From positions 1 through 30,434 of the IMG/VR virus record IMGVR_UViG_3300017722_001674: DNA of 30,434 nucleotides; one strand, given 5' to 3'. The position numbers were made by a program, and so were the translations under genes. The notes beneath the pieces are model-generated. The model saw only the letters and a program-made list of their open reading frames with translations, did not search any database and had not been told where the DNA came from. Shown here piece by piece: positions 16,963-25,039 of the stretch (position 1 is the first letter of the stretch; every line of letters starts with the position of its first letter). Origin of the DNA: a virus (Duplodnaviria; Caudoviricetes).

Positions 16963-17126
16963 CGCCCGACGATCTAAAAACCCTGCGCGGCGATAAAACA
17001 AAAATCGTATTCGCCAACGAAATCGGTGTTACGGTGCAAACCCTGGGCAACTGGGAATCTGGCAGGACCAAACCACCGGCACCGAGGCTCGCCCAATTAC
17101 AGAAACTACGGGACACTGAAAAATGA
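16959..17126 (+). CDS. XRE/Cro-family HTH protein (55 aa); not in ORF track
   Basis: Hand translation MTPDDLKTLRGDKTKIVFANEIGVTVQTLGNWESGRTKPPAPRLAQLQKLRDTEK, with the FA..IGV...T..NWESG..P signature. Confidence 0.8.
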   Translation: MTPDDLKTLRGDKTKIVFANEIGVTVQTLGNWESGRTKPPAPRLAQLQKLRDTEK

Positions 17127-19492
17127 ACGCAGAGCAAATCGCGATCGGCCTGGGGAGGCATACGCGCAATCAAACAGGCTTTTCCGCGTGCTGCCCAGCA
17201 CATAACGACAAATCCCCGTCGCTGTCGATCAGTGACGGGGATGACGGCAAGATCCTAGTCCGCTGCCATGCTGGTTGCGATCAGGGCGCGGTGATTGACG
17301 CGCTTAAACGCCGCAACCTATGGCCGGAACACGTTAACGAAAAACCGATTCCGTTAACACGTCATGCCGAACGTGTTAAAAAAACCATCGTCGCCACCTA
17401 TGATTATGTCGATCCTGAGACCGGCGAAATTAAATTACAGGTTGTTCGCTACGAGCCGAAGGACTTTCGGCAACGTCGCCCAGACGGTGCGGGCGGCTGG
17501 TCGTGGTCGGTGCCTGCGTCAGAGCGCATTCTATTTAACCTTCCATCCGTTTACGCGACCGACAAGCTGGTCTGTGTCGTCGAGGGTGAGAAAGACGTCA
17601 TCGCATTAGCTAAGATTGGGATCGTCGCCACCTGTAACCCCGGCGGCGCTGGTAAGTGGCAGGAAAATTACACCGCAGCGCTCGCAGGCCGCGACGTCGT
17701 GATCCTGCCTGACAACGATGCACCGGGCGAGAACCATGCCAGAATCGTCGCTGAGGCGCTCACGGGCCGCGCTAGCCGCGTTCGGATCGTTCGCCTGCCT
17801 GATCTGCCCTCGAAGGGTGACGTCGCTGACTGGATCGCTAACGGCGGAACACGGGCCGATCTGGCACGGCTGATTATTCAAGCCGAGGCACCGGCACCGG
17901 TAATCCGTCCGAACGAACCGCCGGAGGATGACGCGCCATTTAAACATATGGGTTTTAACGGCGGCATTTATTATTACCTCGCCCACGGCTCGCAACAGGT
18001 TGTCGCTCTTACCCCTAGTCAGCACTCCAAGGCGAACCTTTGTTCCATCGCTGATCTGAATTATTGGGAGCGCGAATTTCCCAGCAAGACCGGCGCGAAT
18101 TGGGATCTTGCAATGAATTCCATGATGCGGCGATGCGAACTCAAGGGGATTTTCTCGCCGGATATGCTGCGCGGACGCGGGGCTTGGTACGATGACGGGC
18201 GGGTCGTCCTGCATCTGGGGGACGTCGTTTACCTCGATAAAAAACCAACCAAACCCGTCGCGGTGCGCTCACGGTTTATCTATGAGCAGGGCCTACCGAT
18301 GCGGGCTGAGATCGACAATCCGCTATCAGCCACCGAGGCAAAACGGTTCCTCGATCTGGTAACTATGATGCCGTGGGAGAACGATCTAGACGCGCTTCTG
18401 ATCGCGGGCTGGACCGTCTGCGCCCATATCGGAGGCGTTCTAGGCTGGCGACCTCACATCTGGGTTGTGGGTTCCAAGGGGTCCGGTAAGACGCACGTTA
18501 TGTCTAAGGTGATCAGACCGGTCCTAGGCGATAACTGCCTGTTTGTCGTCGGTGAGACCACCGAGGCAGGGGTGCGCCAGTCCCTCAAGCATGACGCGCT
18601 GCCGGTCCTGTTCGACGAGGCCGAGGGCGAGGACACACGCGCCACAGATCGACTACAGCGTATCCTTGCGCTGGTGCGCCAGTCGTCGTCCGAATCCGGC
18701 GGCAAGATCGCCAAGGGGTCTGTGAGCGGACAGGCTGCATCGTTCCAGATCAGGTCGTGTTTCGCGTTTTCGTCGATCAACGCGACACTCGTGCAGCAGT
18801 CAGACCGATCGCGTGTGACCGTGATCGAACTAAAGGCCAGCCGCCAGCATCACGAATTTTCAGAGATCCTCGCCACCGAAGCGGAGGTTCTCACCGAACA
18901 ATTTATCACGCGGTTTTATGCCAGGGCGATTGATCAGGCGGTTAATGTGCGGGCAAACAGCGCGACGTTCGCCACAGCGGCCACGGCGGTTCTAGGCGAG
19001 CAACGAGCAGGCGATCAGATCGGTGCGCTTCTGGCGGGCGCGTGGAGTCTTACAAACGATGGTCTGGTATCGTTCGATCAGGCGCGTGATTGGCTGCACG
19101 ATTTTGATATGTCAGAACAGCGTGAAGAGGTGCAATCGCAGTCCGATGAGCGGCTGTTGCTAGACTTTCTGATGCAGCAAATCGTCGATGTTCCGCTGGA
19201 TAAAGGCGGCACAAAAAAGGCGATTGGCGAGCTGGTCCAGACCTGTCGGGGCGAGGATTATGGGTCGGTCGAGTTTGCGAAACTGGCGCTTGCGAGGCTC
19301 GGATTTAAGGTGGAGCCGGACGGAATTTACGTTTCGAACACGGCGGACGGGATCAAAAGATTGCTGCGCGGGACGCCTTGGTCTGTTAATTGGTCCAAAA
19401 TTTTGCGGCGGCTTCCAAAATCTCGCGCACAGGCCGCGATGTACTTTGGATTTACCGGAAGCGTGTCGCGGGCCGTTTTCGTGGAAATATGA
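17123..19492 (+). CDS. Primase-helicase fusion (Zn-binding domain, TOPRIM, P-loop helicase)
   Basis: CCPAHNDKSPSL..CHAGC Zn site. TOPRIM motifs VVEGEKD and DND. Walker A GSKGSGKT and Walker B VLFDEAE. Confidence 0.88.
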   Translation: MNAEQIAIGLGRHTRNQTGFSACCPAHNDKSPSLSISDGDDGKILVRCHAGCDQGAVIDALKRRNLWPEHVNEKPIPLTRHAERVKKTIVATYDYVDPETGEIKLQVVRYEPKDFRQRRPDGAGGWSWSVPASERILFNLPSVYATDKLVCVVEGEKDVIALAKIGIVATCNPGGAGKWQENYTAALAGRDVVILPDNDAPGENHARIVAEALTGRASRVRIVRLPDLPSKGDVADWIANGGTRADLARLIIQAEAPAPVIRPNEPPEDDAPFKHMGFNGGIYYYLAHGSQQVVALTPSQHSKANLCSIADLNYWEREFPSKTGANWDLAMNSMMRRCELKGIFSPDMLRGRGAWYDDGRVVLHLGDVVYLDKKPTKPVAVRSRFIYEQGLPMRAEIDNPLSATEAKRFLDLVTMMPWENDLDALLIAGWTVCAHIGGVLGWRPHIWVVGSKGSGKTHVMSKVIRPVLGDNCLFVVGETTEAGVRQSLKHDALPVLFDEAEGEDTRATDRLQRILALVRQSSSESGGKIAKGSVSGQAASFQIRSCFAFSSINATLVQQSDRSRVTVIELKASRQHHEFSEILATEAEVLTEQFITRFYARAIDQAVNVRANSATFATAATAVLGEQRAGDQIGALLAGAWSLTNDGLVSFDQARDWLHDFDMSEQREEVQSQSDERLLLDFLMQQIVDVPLDKGGTKKAIGELVQTCRGEDYGSVEFAKLALARLGFKVEPDGIYVSNTADGIKRLLRGTPWSVNWSKILRRLPKSRAQAAMYFGFTGSVSRAVFVEI

Positions 19493-19495
19493 CGG

Positions 19496-19762
19496 AAAAG
19501 CGTTAAAACGTTAACTTAATGTTATGTGCAACCCGTTGAATTTATTCAGGATGTAACGAGTTAACGGTTTAACGCTGAAAATATAGTATCTATAGGGAAA
19601 AAATACGGAGGAAAAAAAATTACAAAATTTATTTCTCTCTATATATATATATAAAAGCGTTAAGAATGTTAAGTGTTAGAACCTGTTAAAAATCATGCAC
19701 TTACGCTTAACAAACGTGTTAACGCTCTGTTTTTGGACCGTTAACAAACTGAAATCATTAAA
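19496..19762. other. Putative replication origin
   Basis: Very AT-rich and non-coding, directly after the primase-helicase. Four AGCGTTAA/TTAACGCT copies, many GTTAA(C) copies, and a central A-tract plus (TA)n. Confidence 0.65.
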
Positions 19763-19779
19763 CAAACGGGAAAATCACC

Positions 19780-19938
19780 ATGTGGACCTACGAAAAGCAA
19801 CTGAGATGGGACGATTTCGTCGTGAGAGACAGCCGAGGATGGCTGGTCTGCGTAGTCGGCAACGAAAACGAGGCGAAGCTGATCGTCGATGCGGTCAACG
19901 AATACAGAAAAAAATTGTTGACGGAAAAGCGGGCTTGA
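19780..19938 (+). CDS. Hypothetical protein (52 aa); not in ORF track
   Basis: Hand translation MWTYEKQLRWDDFVVRDSRGWLVCVVGNENEAKLIVDAVNEYRKKLLTEKRA. Confidence 0.55.
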   Translation: MWTYEKQLRWDDFVVRDSRGWLVCVVGNENEAKLIVDAVNEYRKKLLTEKRA

Positions 19939-19946
19939 GATACGGT
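19918..19946 (+). promoter_or_regulatory. Putative sigma70 promoter
   Basis: TTGACG-N17-TACGGT upstream of a GGGAG RBS. Confidence 0.6.
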
Positions 19947-19981
19947 TATTTTATCGGAACAAACCGCTTGGGAGAGCAATC

Positions 19982-20221
19982 ATGAACGACACAATCACCC
20001 TGGAAATCTACGGCGACGTAGAAATCCAATTCGAAGCAGACCCAGCGCCAGAGGGCGACGAGATCTCGAACTATTGGATGAACACGATCACGGTTAACGG
20101 CAAGGATCTGCTCGAAGGCCTAAGCGATGAGGCTAAGGATAAATTCCTAGAGAATTTTATCATCGCTATGGACCGCGATCATGTGACTGAGCTGATGTGG
20201 GATGCATACTATGACCGTTGA
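19982..20221 (+). CDS. Small, highly acidic protein
   Basis: 79 aa with 20 D/E versus 5 K/R. Good RBS. Confidence 0.7.
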   Translation: MNDTITLEIYGDVEIQFEADPAPEGDEISNYWMNTITVNGKDLLEGLSDEAKDKFLENFIIAMDRDHVTELMWDAYYDR

Positions 20222-21611
20222 AAATTATCGAAATCGGATTGCGGCTAAGCGTGTGTCTTTTGATGCTCGCGGCCTCAGATCCATTCCGAAATTAACGCCA
20301 TCCCTTAATCCGCATCAAGAGCACTGTGTAGAGTTTGCTTTGCGGACAGGGTGCGCCGCGTTGTTTCTTGATACGGGACTAGGAAAAACCCTATCGGCCC
20401 TTGAGTGGGGCCGCGTTGTAGTTGAACACACTAACCGGCCAGTCTTGATGCTTGCGCCATTGGCTGTAAGCGGCCAGCATGAGCGAGAGGCGATCAAGTT
20501 TGGCATTGACGCTAAGGCCATTCGCGAGCCGGACCAGATCACCGTCCCGCGCATTTATATCACCAACTATGAGCGTCTTGACCGTTTTGACGTTAGCCAA
20601 TTTGGCGGCGTGATCTTGGATGAAAGCAGCATCCTAAAATCGTTTCAGGGTAAGACGACACGCCAGCTTATTGCGTCATTTGCGTCAACGCCGTTTCGCT
20701 TAGCTTGCACCGCTACGCCAGCCCCAAACGATCACGCCGAACTGGGCCAGCACTCGCAATTCCTTGGGGCAATGTCTCAAAGCCAGATGCTCACGCGATG
20801 GTTTCTCCATGACAGCATGGATACAGGCACATGGCGTATGAAGGGTCACGCCGTCGAGGACTTTTGGTCATGGGTTGCGTCGTGGGCGCGGTGTGTCTCC
20901 AAGCCTTCGGACCTTGGCTTTTCGGATGACGGTTTCATTCTGCCAGAGTTAGTAACAACACGTCACACGGTCGCGGCGGATCGATCCATTGACAGCGGCG
21001 CAGAGAAAGGCGGTCAAATGCGGCTGTTCCGAATGCCCGATACGTCGGCAACGGCCATCCACAAAGAAAAGCGGATGACCACCAATGCCCGCGCTCAGAT
21101 CATTGCCGATATTGTGGCGGCGGAACCAACCGAGCCTTGGGTTATATGGTGCGACACAGACTATGAGGCTGACGCGCTAGCCCTCCTGATATCGGAGGCG
21201 GTCGAGGTTCGCGGGTCTATGTCTGCGGAGGTTAAAGAAGAGCGATTGACGGCCTTCGGAACGGGCCAGACACGCATTCTAATCACCAAGCCGTCTGTGG
21301 CCGGGTTTGGTCTTAACTGGCAACACTGCGCTCGAATGGCTTTTGTAGGACTATCGTTCTCGTATGAGAGTTTTTATCAAGCCGTGCGGCGATGCTGGCG
21401 TTTTGGTCAAAAGCGGTCGGTCCGTGTGCACGTAGCGTGCGCCGATACCGAAGAGGCCATTTGGTCTGTTGTGACCAGAAAGGCTGGTGACCACGAAGCC
21501 ATGAAACGAGAGATGGTTGCAGCAATGCAACGCGCCGTTGTTACCCATTCCGAAAGCCAAGTTTACCAACCCCAAAAGCAACTTATTTTGCCGAACTGGA
21601 TCACCGCATGA
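20211..21611 (+). CDS. SNF2-related SF2 helicase/ATPase
   Basis: DTGLGKT, NYERL, LDESSILK, TATPAPND, GFGLNWQ and QAVRRCWRFGQ motifs. Confidence 0.9.
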   Translation: MTVENYRNRIAAKRVSFDARGLRSIPKLTPSLNPHQEHCVEFALRTGCAALFLDTGLGKTLSALEWGRVVVEHTNRPVLMLAPLAVSGQHEREAIKFGIDAKAIREPDQITVPRIYITNYERLDRFDVSQFGGVILDESSILKSFQGKTTRQLIASFASTPFRLACTATPAPNDHAELGQHSQFLGAMSQSQMLTRWFLHDSMDTGTWRMKGHAVEDFWSWVASWARCVSKPSDLGFSDDGFILPELVTTRHTVAADRSIDSGAEKGGQMRLFRMPDTSATAIHKEKRMTTNARAQIIADIVAAEPTEPWVIWCDTDYEADALALLISEAVEVRGSMSAEVKEERLTAFGTGQTRILITKPSVAGFGLNWQHCARMAFVGLSFSYESFYQAVRRCWRFGQKRSVRVHVACADTEEAIWSVVTRKAGDHEAMKREMVAAMQRAVVTHSESQVYQPQKQLILPNWITA

Positions 21612-22513
21612 CCGAAGTTTTAGACGTTTACCAAGGCGAGCGATTTGTTGCTGCTAATGCCGATTGCGTTGAATTTGCATCCGGCCTGCCAGACAATAGC
21701 ATTGGCTTTTCTGTATACTCGCCCCCATTTGCCAATCTGTTCGTTTATAGCGACAGCGAGCGCGATATGGGGAACACCAAGGACGAGGCAGAGTTCAAAG
21801 AGCTTTACGCCCATTTGATCCGAGAAATGTACCGAGTAACGAAGCCCGGACGGCTCACGGCGGTTCATTGCTCAGATATTCCGCGCACCAAATCTACTCA
21901 CGGAGTCGTCGGTTTATATGATTTCCCGTCTGATATACGTGATGTTCACGAGGCCGCTGGTTGGACCTATCATAGCCGCGTCACGGTCTGGAAGGATCCA
22001 GTTGTAGAGATGCAACGCACCAAAGCGCTTGGGCTTTTATATAAACAAATTCAAACCGACAGCACACGAAACCGTCAAGGCATGCCTGACTATGTTCTGA
22101 TTTTCCGTAAGACTCCAGATGACGAAACCCAAGCCGACAAGGTTGCGCAGGATAAGCGGCTGTTTCCTGTCGATATGTGGCAGCAGTGGGCATCTCCGGT
22201 ATGGATGGATATCCAACAGACCAACGTTTTGAACGGGAAGATTGCCCGCGAAGACAAGGACGAACGCCATATCTGCCCGCTTCAACTTGATTTGATTGAA
22301 CGCTGCGTTCGGCTATGGTCCAACCCTAACGATACGGTCTTTTCGCCATTCATGGGGATTGGTTCCGAAGGTTACGTGAGCCTAAAGGCCGGTCGTCGAT
22401 TTGTTGGATCGGAGTTGAAAACCGCTTATTGGCGTCAAGCTGTGAAAAACTTGATTGAGGCTGAGGCTTACAGCGCGGCCCCATCGCTTTTAGGATTGGC
22501 GGGCTTAGCATGA
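21608..22513 (+). CDS. DNA amino-methyltransferase (N4-C/N6-A, beta class)
   Basis: Catalytic SPPF precedes the SAM-binding SPFMGIGSEG. Also HICPLQL and GSELK. Confidence 0.9.
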   Translation: MTEVLDVYQGERFVAANADCVEFASGLPDNSIGFSVYSPPFANLFVYSDSERDMGNTKDEAEFKELYAHLIREMYRVTKPGRLTAVHCSDIPRTKSTHGVVGLYDFPSDIRDVHEAAGWTYHSRVTVWKDPVVEMQRTKALGLLYKQIQTDSTRNRQGMPDYVLIFRKTPDDETQADKVAQDKRLFPVDMWQQWASPVWMDIQQTNVLNGKIAREDKDERHICPLQLDLIERCVRLWSNPNDTVFSPFMGIGSEGYVSLKAGRRFVGSELKTAYWRQAVKNLIEAEAYSAAPSLLGLAGLA

Positions 22514-22695
22514 TCCTTGAAAAATCCACGCAGAAACTCACGCCTGATCAGGTGCGGGAAATTCGGGCTAGATACAGCCGGGGTCGTCGAGGCTCTGGCG
22601 GGAGCATTAAGGATCTGTCAAGGATCTATGGCGTATCGTCATGCACCATGCAACACGTAGTGACGGGGCAGATTTATAAGGAGGTTCGGTCGTGA
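22510..22695 (+). CDS. Small HTH DNA-binding protein
   Basis: KLTPDQVREIR...IKDLSRIYGVSSCTMQHVVTGQIYK, the HTH type usually appended to HNH endonucleases. Confidence 0.65.
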   Translation: MILEKSTQKLTPDQVREIRARYSRGRRGSGGSIKDLSRIYGVSSCTMQHVVTGQIYKEVRS

Positions 22696-22790
22696 TCAGG
22701 GTATTTCTCGCGGTGTGTGAACTCGCAGCCGTCGTCGGCGGTCTGGCGGCAATCGTCGCGGTGTTAATCGTTATTTCTGCGATGATGTGA
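22692..22790 (+). CDS. 32-aa single-TM hydrophobic peptide; not in ORF track
   Basis: GTGA overlap and GGAGG RBS. Translates as MIRVFLAVCELAAVVGGLAAIVAVLIVISAMM. Confidence 0.5.
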   Translation: MIRVFLAVCELAAVVGGLAAIVAVLIVISAMM

Positions 22791-22799
22791 AAATATTTG

Positions 22800-22827
22800 T
22801 TGCATATGAATTTTAGCCGTGTATATT
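22800..22827 (+). promoter_or_regulatory. Putative sigma70 promoter of the moron
   Basis: TTGCAT-N16-TATATT in an AT-rich patch. Confidence 0.6.
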
Positions 22828-22876
22828 AATTTCATCGACAGGCAATCACGCCAAGTCGAGCGCCTGGGAGGGCATT

Positions 22877-23155
22877 ATGTTTTCTTCTTCTCTGAACCAA
22901 GCTTTCGAAGCTGCTACCCCGCAAGCTTGCAAATCGCTTATTGCGAGCGGCGTTCGGTTTGTTGTCGCTGTTGAGACGGCAGCGGGCGAATGGTTCCTCG
23001 CTCACGCTGAGGATCAGGCGAACGCCAATAACATCGCCCATACTTGGGTCGATCAGATGAACGCTCGCGGCGCTTCTTTGTGGCGTCTGTTTGAAACAGG
23101 CCCAGCGAACAAGCCGTTCGGCACGGTTTACGCTCAATCCGATTGGGAGGGCTGA
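22877..23155 (+). CDS. Hypothetical protein in a self-contained transcription unit (moron)
   Basis: GGGAGGG RBS, its own promoter, and a downstream hairpin. Confidence 0.7.
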   Translation: MFSSSLNQAFEAATPQACKSLIASGVRFVVAVETAAGEWFLAHAEDQANANNIAHTWVDQMNARGASLWRLFETGPANKPFGTVYAQSDWEG

Positions 23156-23167
23156 TCGCCAGAGAGA

Positions 23168-23188
23168 GTGGCTGTAACGGCCACCTTT
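23168..23188 (+). terminator. Possible terminator hairpin after the moron gene
   Basis: GTGGCTG-taa-CGGCCAC followed by CTTT (short U tract). Confidence 0.45.
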
Positions 23189-23239
23189 ACGGCCTGCGTC
23201 TGATCGTGTATCCTTGGTGCCAGATTAAAGGAAACCGCT

Positions 23240-23353
23240 ATGGCAAAACCTGGCTTATACGCTGCAATTCACGCCAAACGCGCAAGGATCGCCGCTGGCT
23301 CAGATGAAACCATGCGGAAACCTGGCACCAATGCGTTCCCCGAGGATGACTAA
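23240..23353 (+). CDS. Small conserved phage protein (KPGLYAxIHAKR family), 37 aa; not in ORF track
   Basis: Hand translation MAKPGLYAAIHAKRARIAAGSDETMRKPGTNAFPEDD. RBS AAAGGA. Upstream TTTACG-N17-TATCCT is promoter-like. Confidence 0.65.
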   Translation: MAKPGLYAAIHAKRARIAAGSDETMRKPGTNAFPEDD

Positions 23354-23417
23354 TGGAATTTTTTATTATCGCTCTACTTTTTGGCGCTTGGCAATATATT
23401 GCTATGCAAAAAAACAA

Positions 23418-23822
23418 ATGAGCGACAAACCCGCAGGCTACACGTTCGGTCGTCCTACAACGTATCGCGCCGAGTATTGCGAGCGGGTGATTGAGCTTGG
23501 CAAGCTGGGTAAATCGCTGGTGCAAATTTGTTCCGAATTGGACGTCGTGAAGGGAACGCTGTTCAATTGGTGCGATAATAACCCTGACTTTTTGACCGCC
23601 ATGGAAAAATCTCGCAGCCATGCGCAAAACTATTGGGAATCAATCGGTCACGACGGGATGCTGAATAAGTCCATCGACGCCTCCATCTGGTCCCGCTCAA
23701 TGGCCGCAAGGTTCCCTGCTGACTGGCGCGAATCGAAGCATCAAGAGGTCACCGGCGCTAACGGCGGGCCGGTTAATCATAGCCTCAAGATTGAATTCGT
23801 AGACAGCGGAAACCCTGCTTGA
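23418..23822 (+). CDS. terS: Terminase small subunit
   Basis: GRPTTY...C..VIELG..GKS HTH, TLFNW...PDF and EVTGANGGPV motifs. Directly upstream of terL. Start moved to MSDKPAG. Confidence 0.85.
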   Translation: MSDKPAGYTFGRPTTYRAEYCERVIELGKLGKSLVQICSELDVVKGTLFNWCDNNPDFLTAMEKSRSHAQNYWESIGHDGMLNKSIDASIWSRSMAARFPADWRESKHQEVTGANGGPVNHSLKIEFVDSGNPA

Positions 23823-25036
23823 CGATCCAGCTTCCTAAATGGTCCGAGATCCTGTTCGACGAATCGGCCAGGTATATCGCTGTCAAAGGCGGTCGCGGAT
23901 CGGGTAAGTCCAGATCGGTTGCTACGGCGCTGAATCTGAGGGCAGCGGCGAAACCGCTTAGAATTCTATGCGTTCGTGAAATTCAGAAGTCTATTCGTGA
24001 TTCGTCTAAGCGGCTGCTCGACGACGACGCGGAACGGATCGGTCTAACATCGTTTTACAATTCGCTGGAGACCGAAGTCAGAGGCGCTAACGGCTCGCTG
24101 TTCCTGTTCGCTGGTTTGCGGCATAACATCGACTCGATCAAGTCAATGGAAGGGATTGACATATGCTGGGTCGAAGAGGCCCAGAGCGTGTCTAAGACCT
24201 CGCTCGAAACGCTGATCCCCACGATCCGCAAATCCGGCTCGCAGATCATATTCACATGGAATCCGAGGCACGAATCGGACCCTATCGAAGAGATGTTTGG
24301 CCGCGAGGATCTACCGCCTGACACGCGGGTCAAGACGGTTAACTACATCGACAATCCTTGGTTTCCTGACGTGCTCCAGAAGGAGGCCGATTACGATCTG
24401 AGCCGTGACCCTGAGAAATACAATCACGTTTGGATGGGCGGCTATCTGCGGAACTCAGAATCCCGCGTGTTTAGAAACTGGACCGTCGAGGAATTCGAGG
24501 CACCGGCTGACGCTATGTTCCGCCTTGGTGCTGACTGGGGCTTTGCAAGCGATCCTTCGGTGCTGGTCCGCTGCCACATTGTCGGGCGCAAACTGTTCAT
24601 CGACTACGAAGCCCACATGGTCGGCTGCGAGATCATGGATCTGCCCAGCCTGTTTATGTCAGTGCCAGGCGCTGAGAAATGGCCGATCACGGCTGATAGC
24701 GCCAGACCTGAGACGATCAGCCATATGAGGAACAACGGGTTCCCTAAGATCCAAGCGGCGGTCAAGGGTCCGAAGTCCATCGAAGACGGGATTGAGTGGC
24801 TCAAATCGTTTGATATCGTGGTCCACCCTCGCTGTCGGCACACAATTGACGAACTGACGATGTATAGCTACAAGACCGATCCGCTCACGCAATTGGTGCT
24901 ACCCTTGCTTGAAGACAAGAATAATCATATCATAGACGCGCTAAGATACGCCTGCGAGGGCGCTAGGCGGGCAAACATAGTCCGGCCTACGTTTGTCGCC
25001 CCTATCGCTGTCAACAGTCCCTACGCGAGACGCTAA
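23819..25036 (+). CDS. terL: Terminase large subunit, PBSX/Sf6-like
   Basis: GGRGSGKS Walker A, CWVEEAQ Walker B, TWNP, and nuclease motifs GADWGF..DP and NHIIDALRYA. Confidence 0.95.
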   Translation: MTIQLPKWSEILFDESARYIAVKGGRGSGKSRSVATALNLRAAAKPLRILCVREIQKSIRDSSKRLLDDDAERIGLTSFYNSLETEVRGANGSLFLFAGLRHNIDSIKSMEGIDICWVEEAQSVSKTSLETLIPTIRKSGSQIIFTWNPRHESDPIEEMFGREDLPPDTRVKTVNYIDNPWFPDVLQKEADYDLSRDPEKYNHVWMGGYLRNSESRVFRNWTVEEFEAPADAMFRLGADWGFASDPSVLVRCHIVGRKLFIDYEAHMVGCEIMDLPSLFMSVPGAEKWPITADSARPETISHMRNNGFPKIQAAVKGPKSIEDGIEWLKSFDIVVHPRCRHTIDELTMYSYKTDPLTQLVLPLLEDKNNHIIDALRYACEGARRANIVRPTFVAPIAVNSPYARR

Positions 25037-25039
25037 CCA

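Noticed and set aside
19501-19745. TTAA repeats as CtrA boxes (TTAA-N7-TTAA)
   Set aside because: The spacings I counted were 4, 5, 8 and 9 nt, not 7. They are better explained as origin repeats.
19695-19985. 96-aa ORF from the track
   Set aside because: It starts inside the origin repeats and overlaps both a more protein-like 52-aa ORF and a promoter.
23389-23403. Sigma54 promoter TGGCAATATATTGCT
   Set aside because: The GG-to-GC spacing is 9 nt rather than the required 10.
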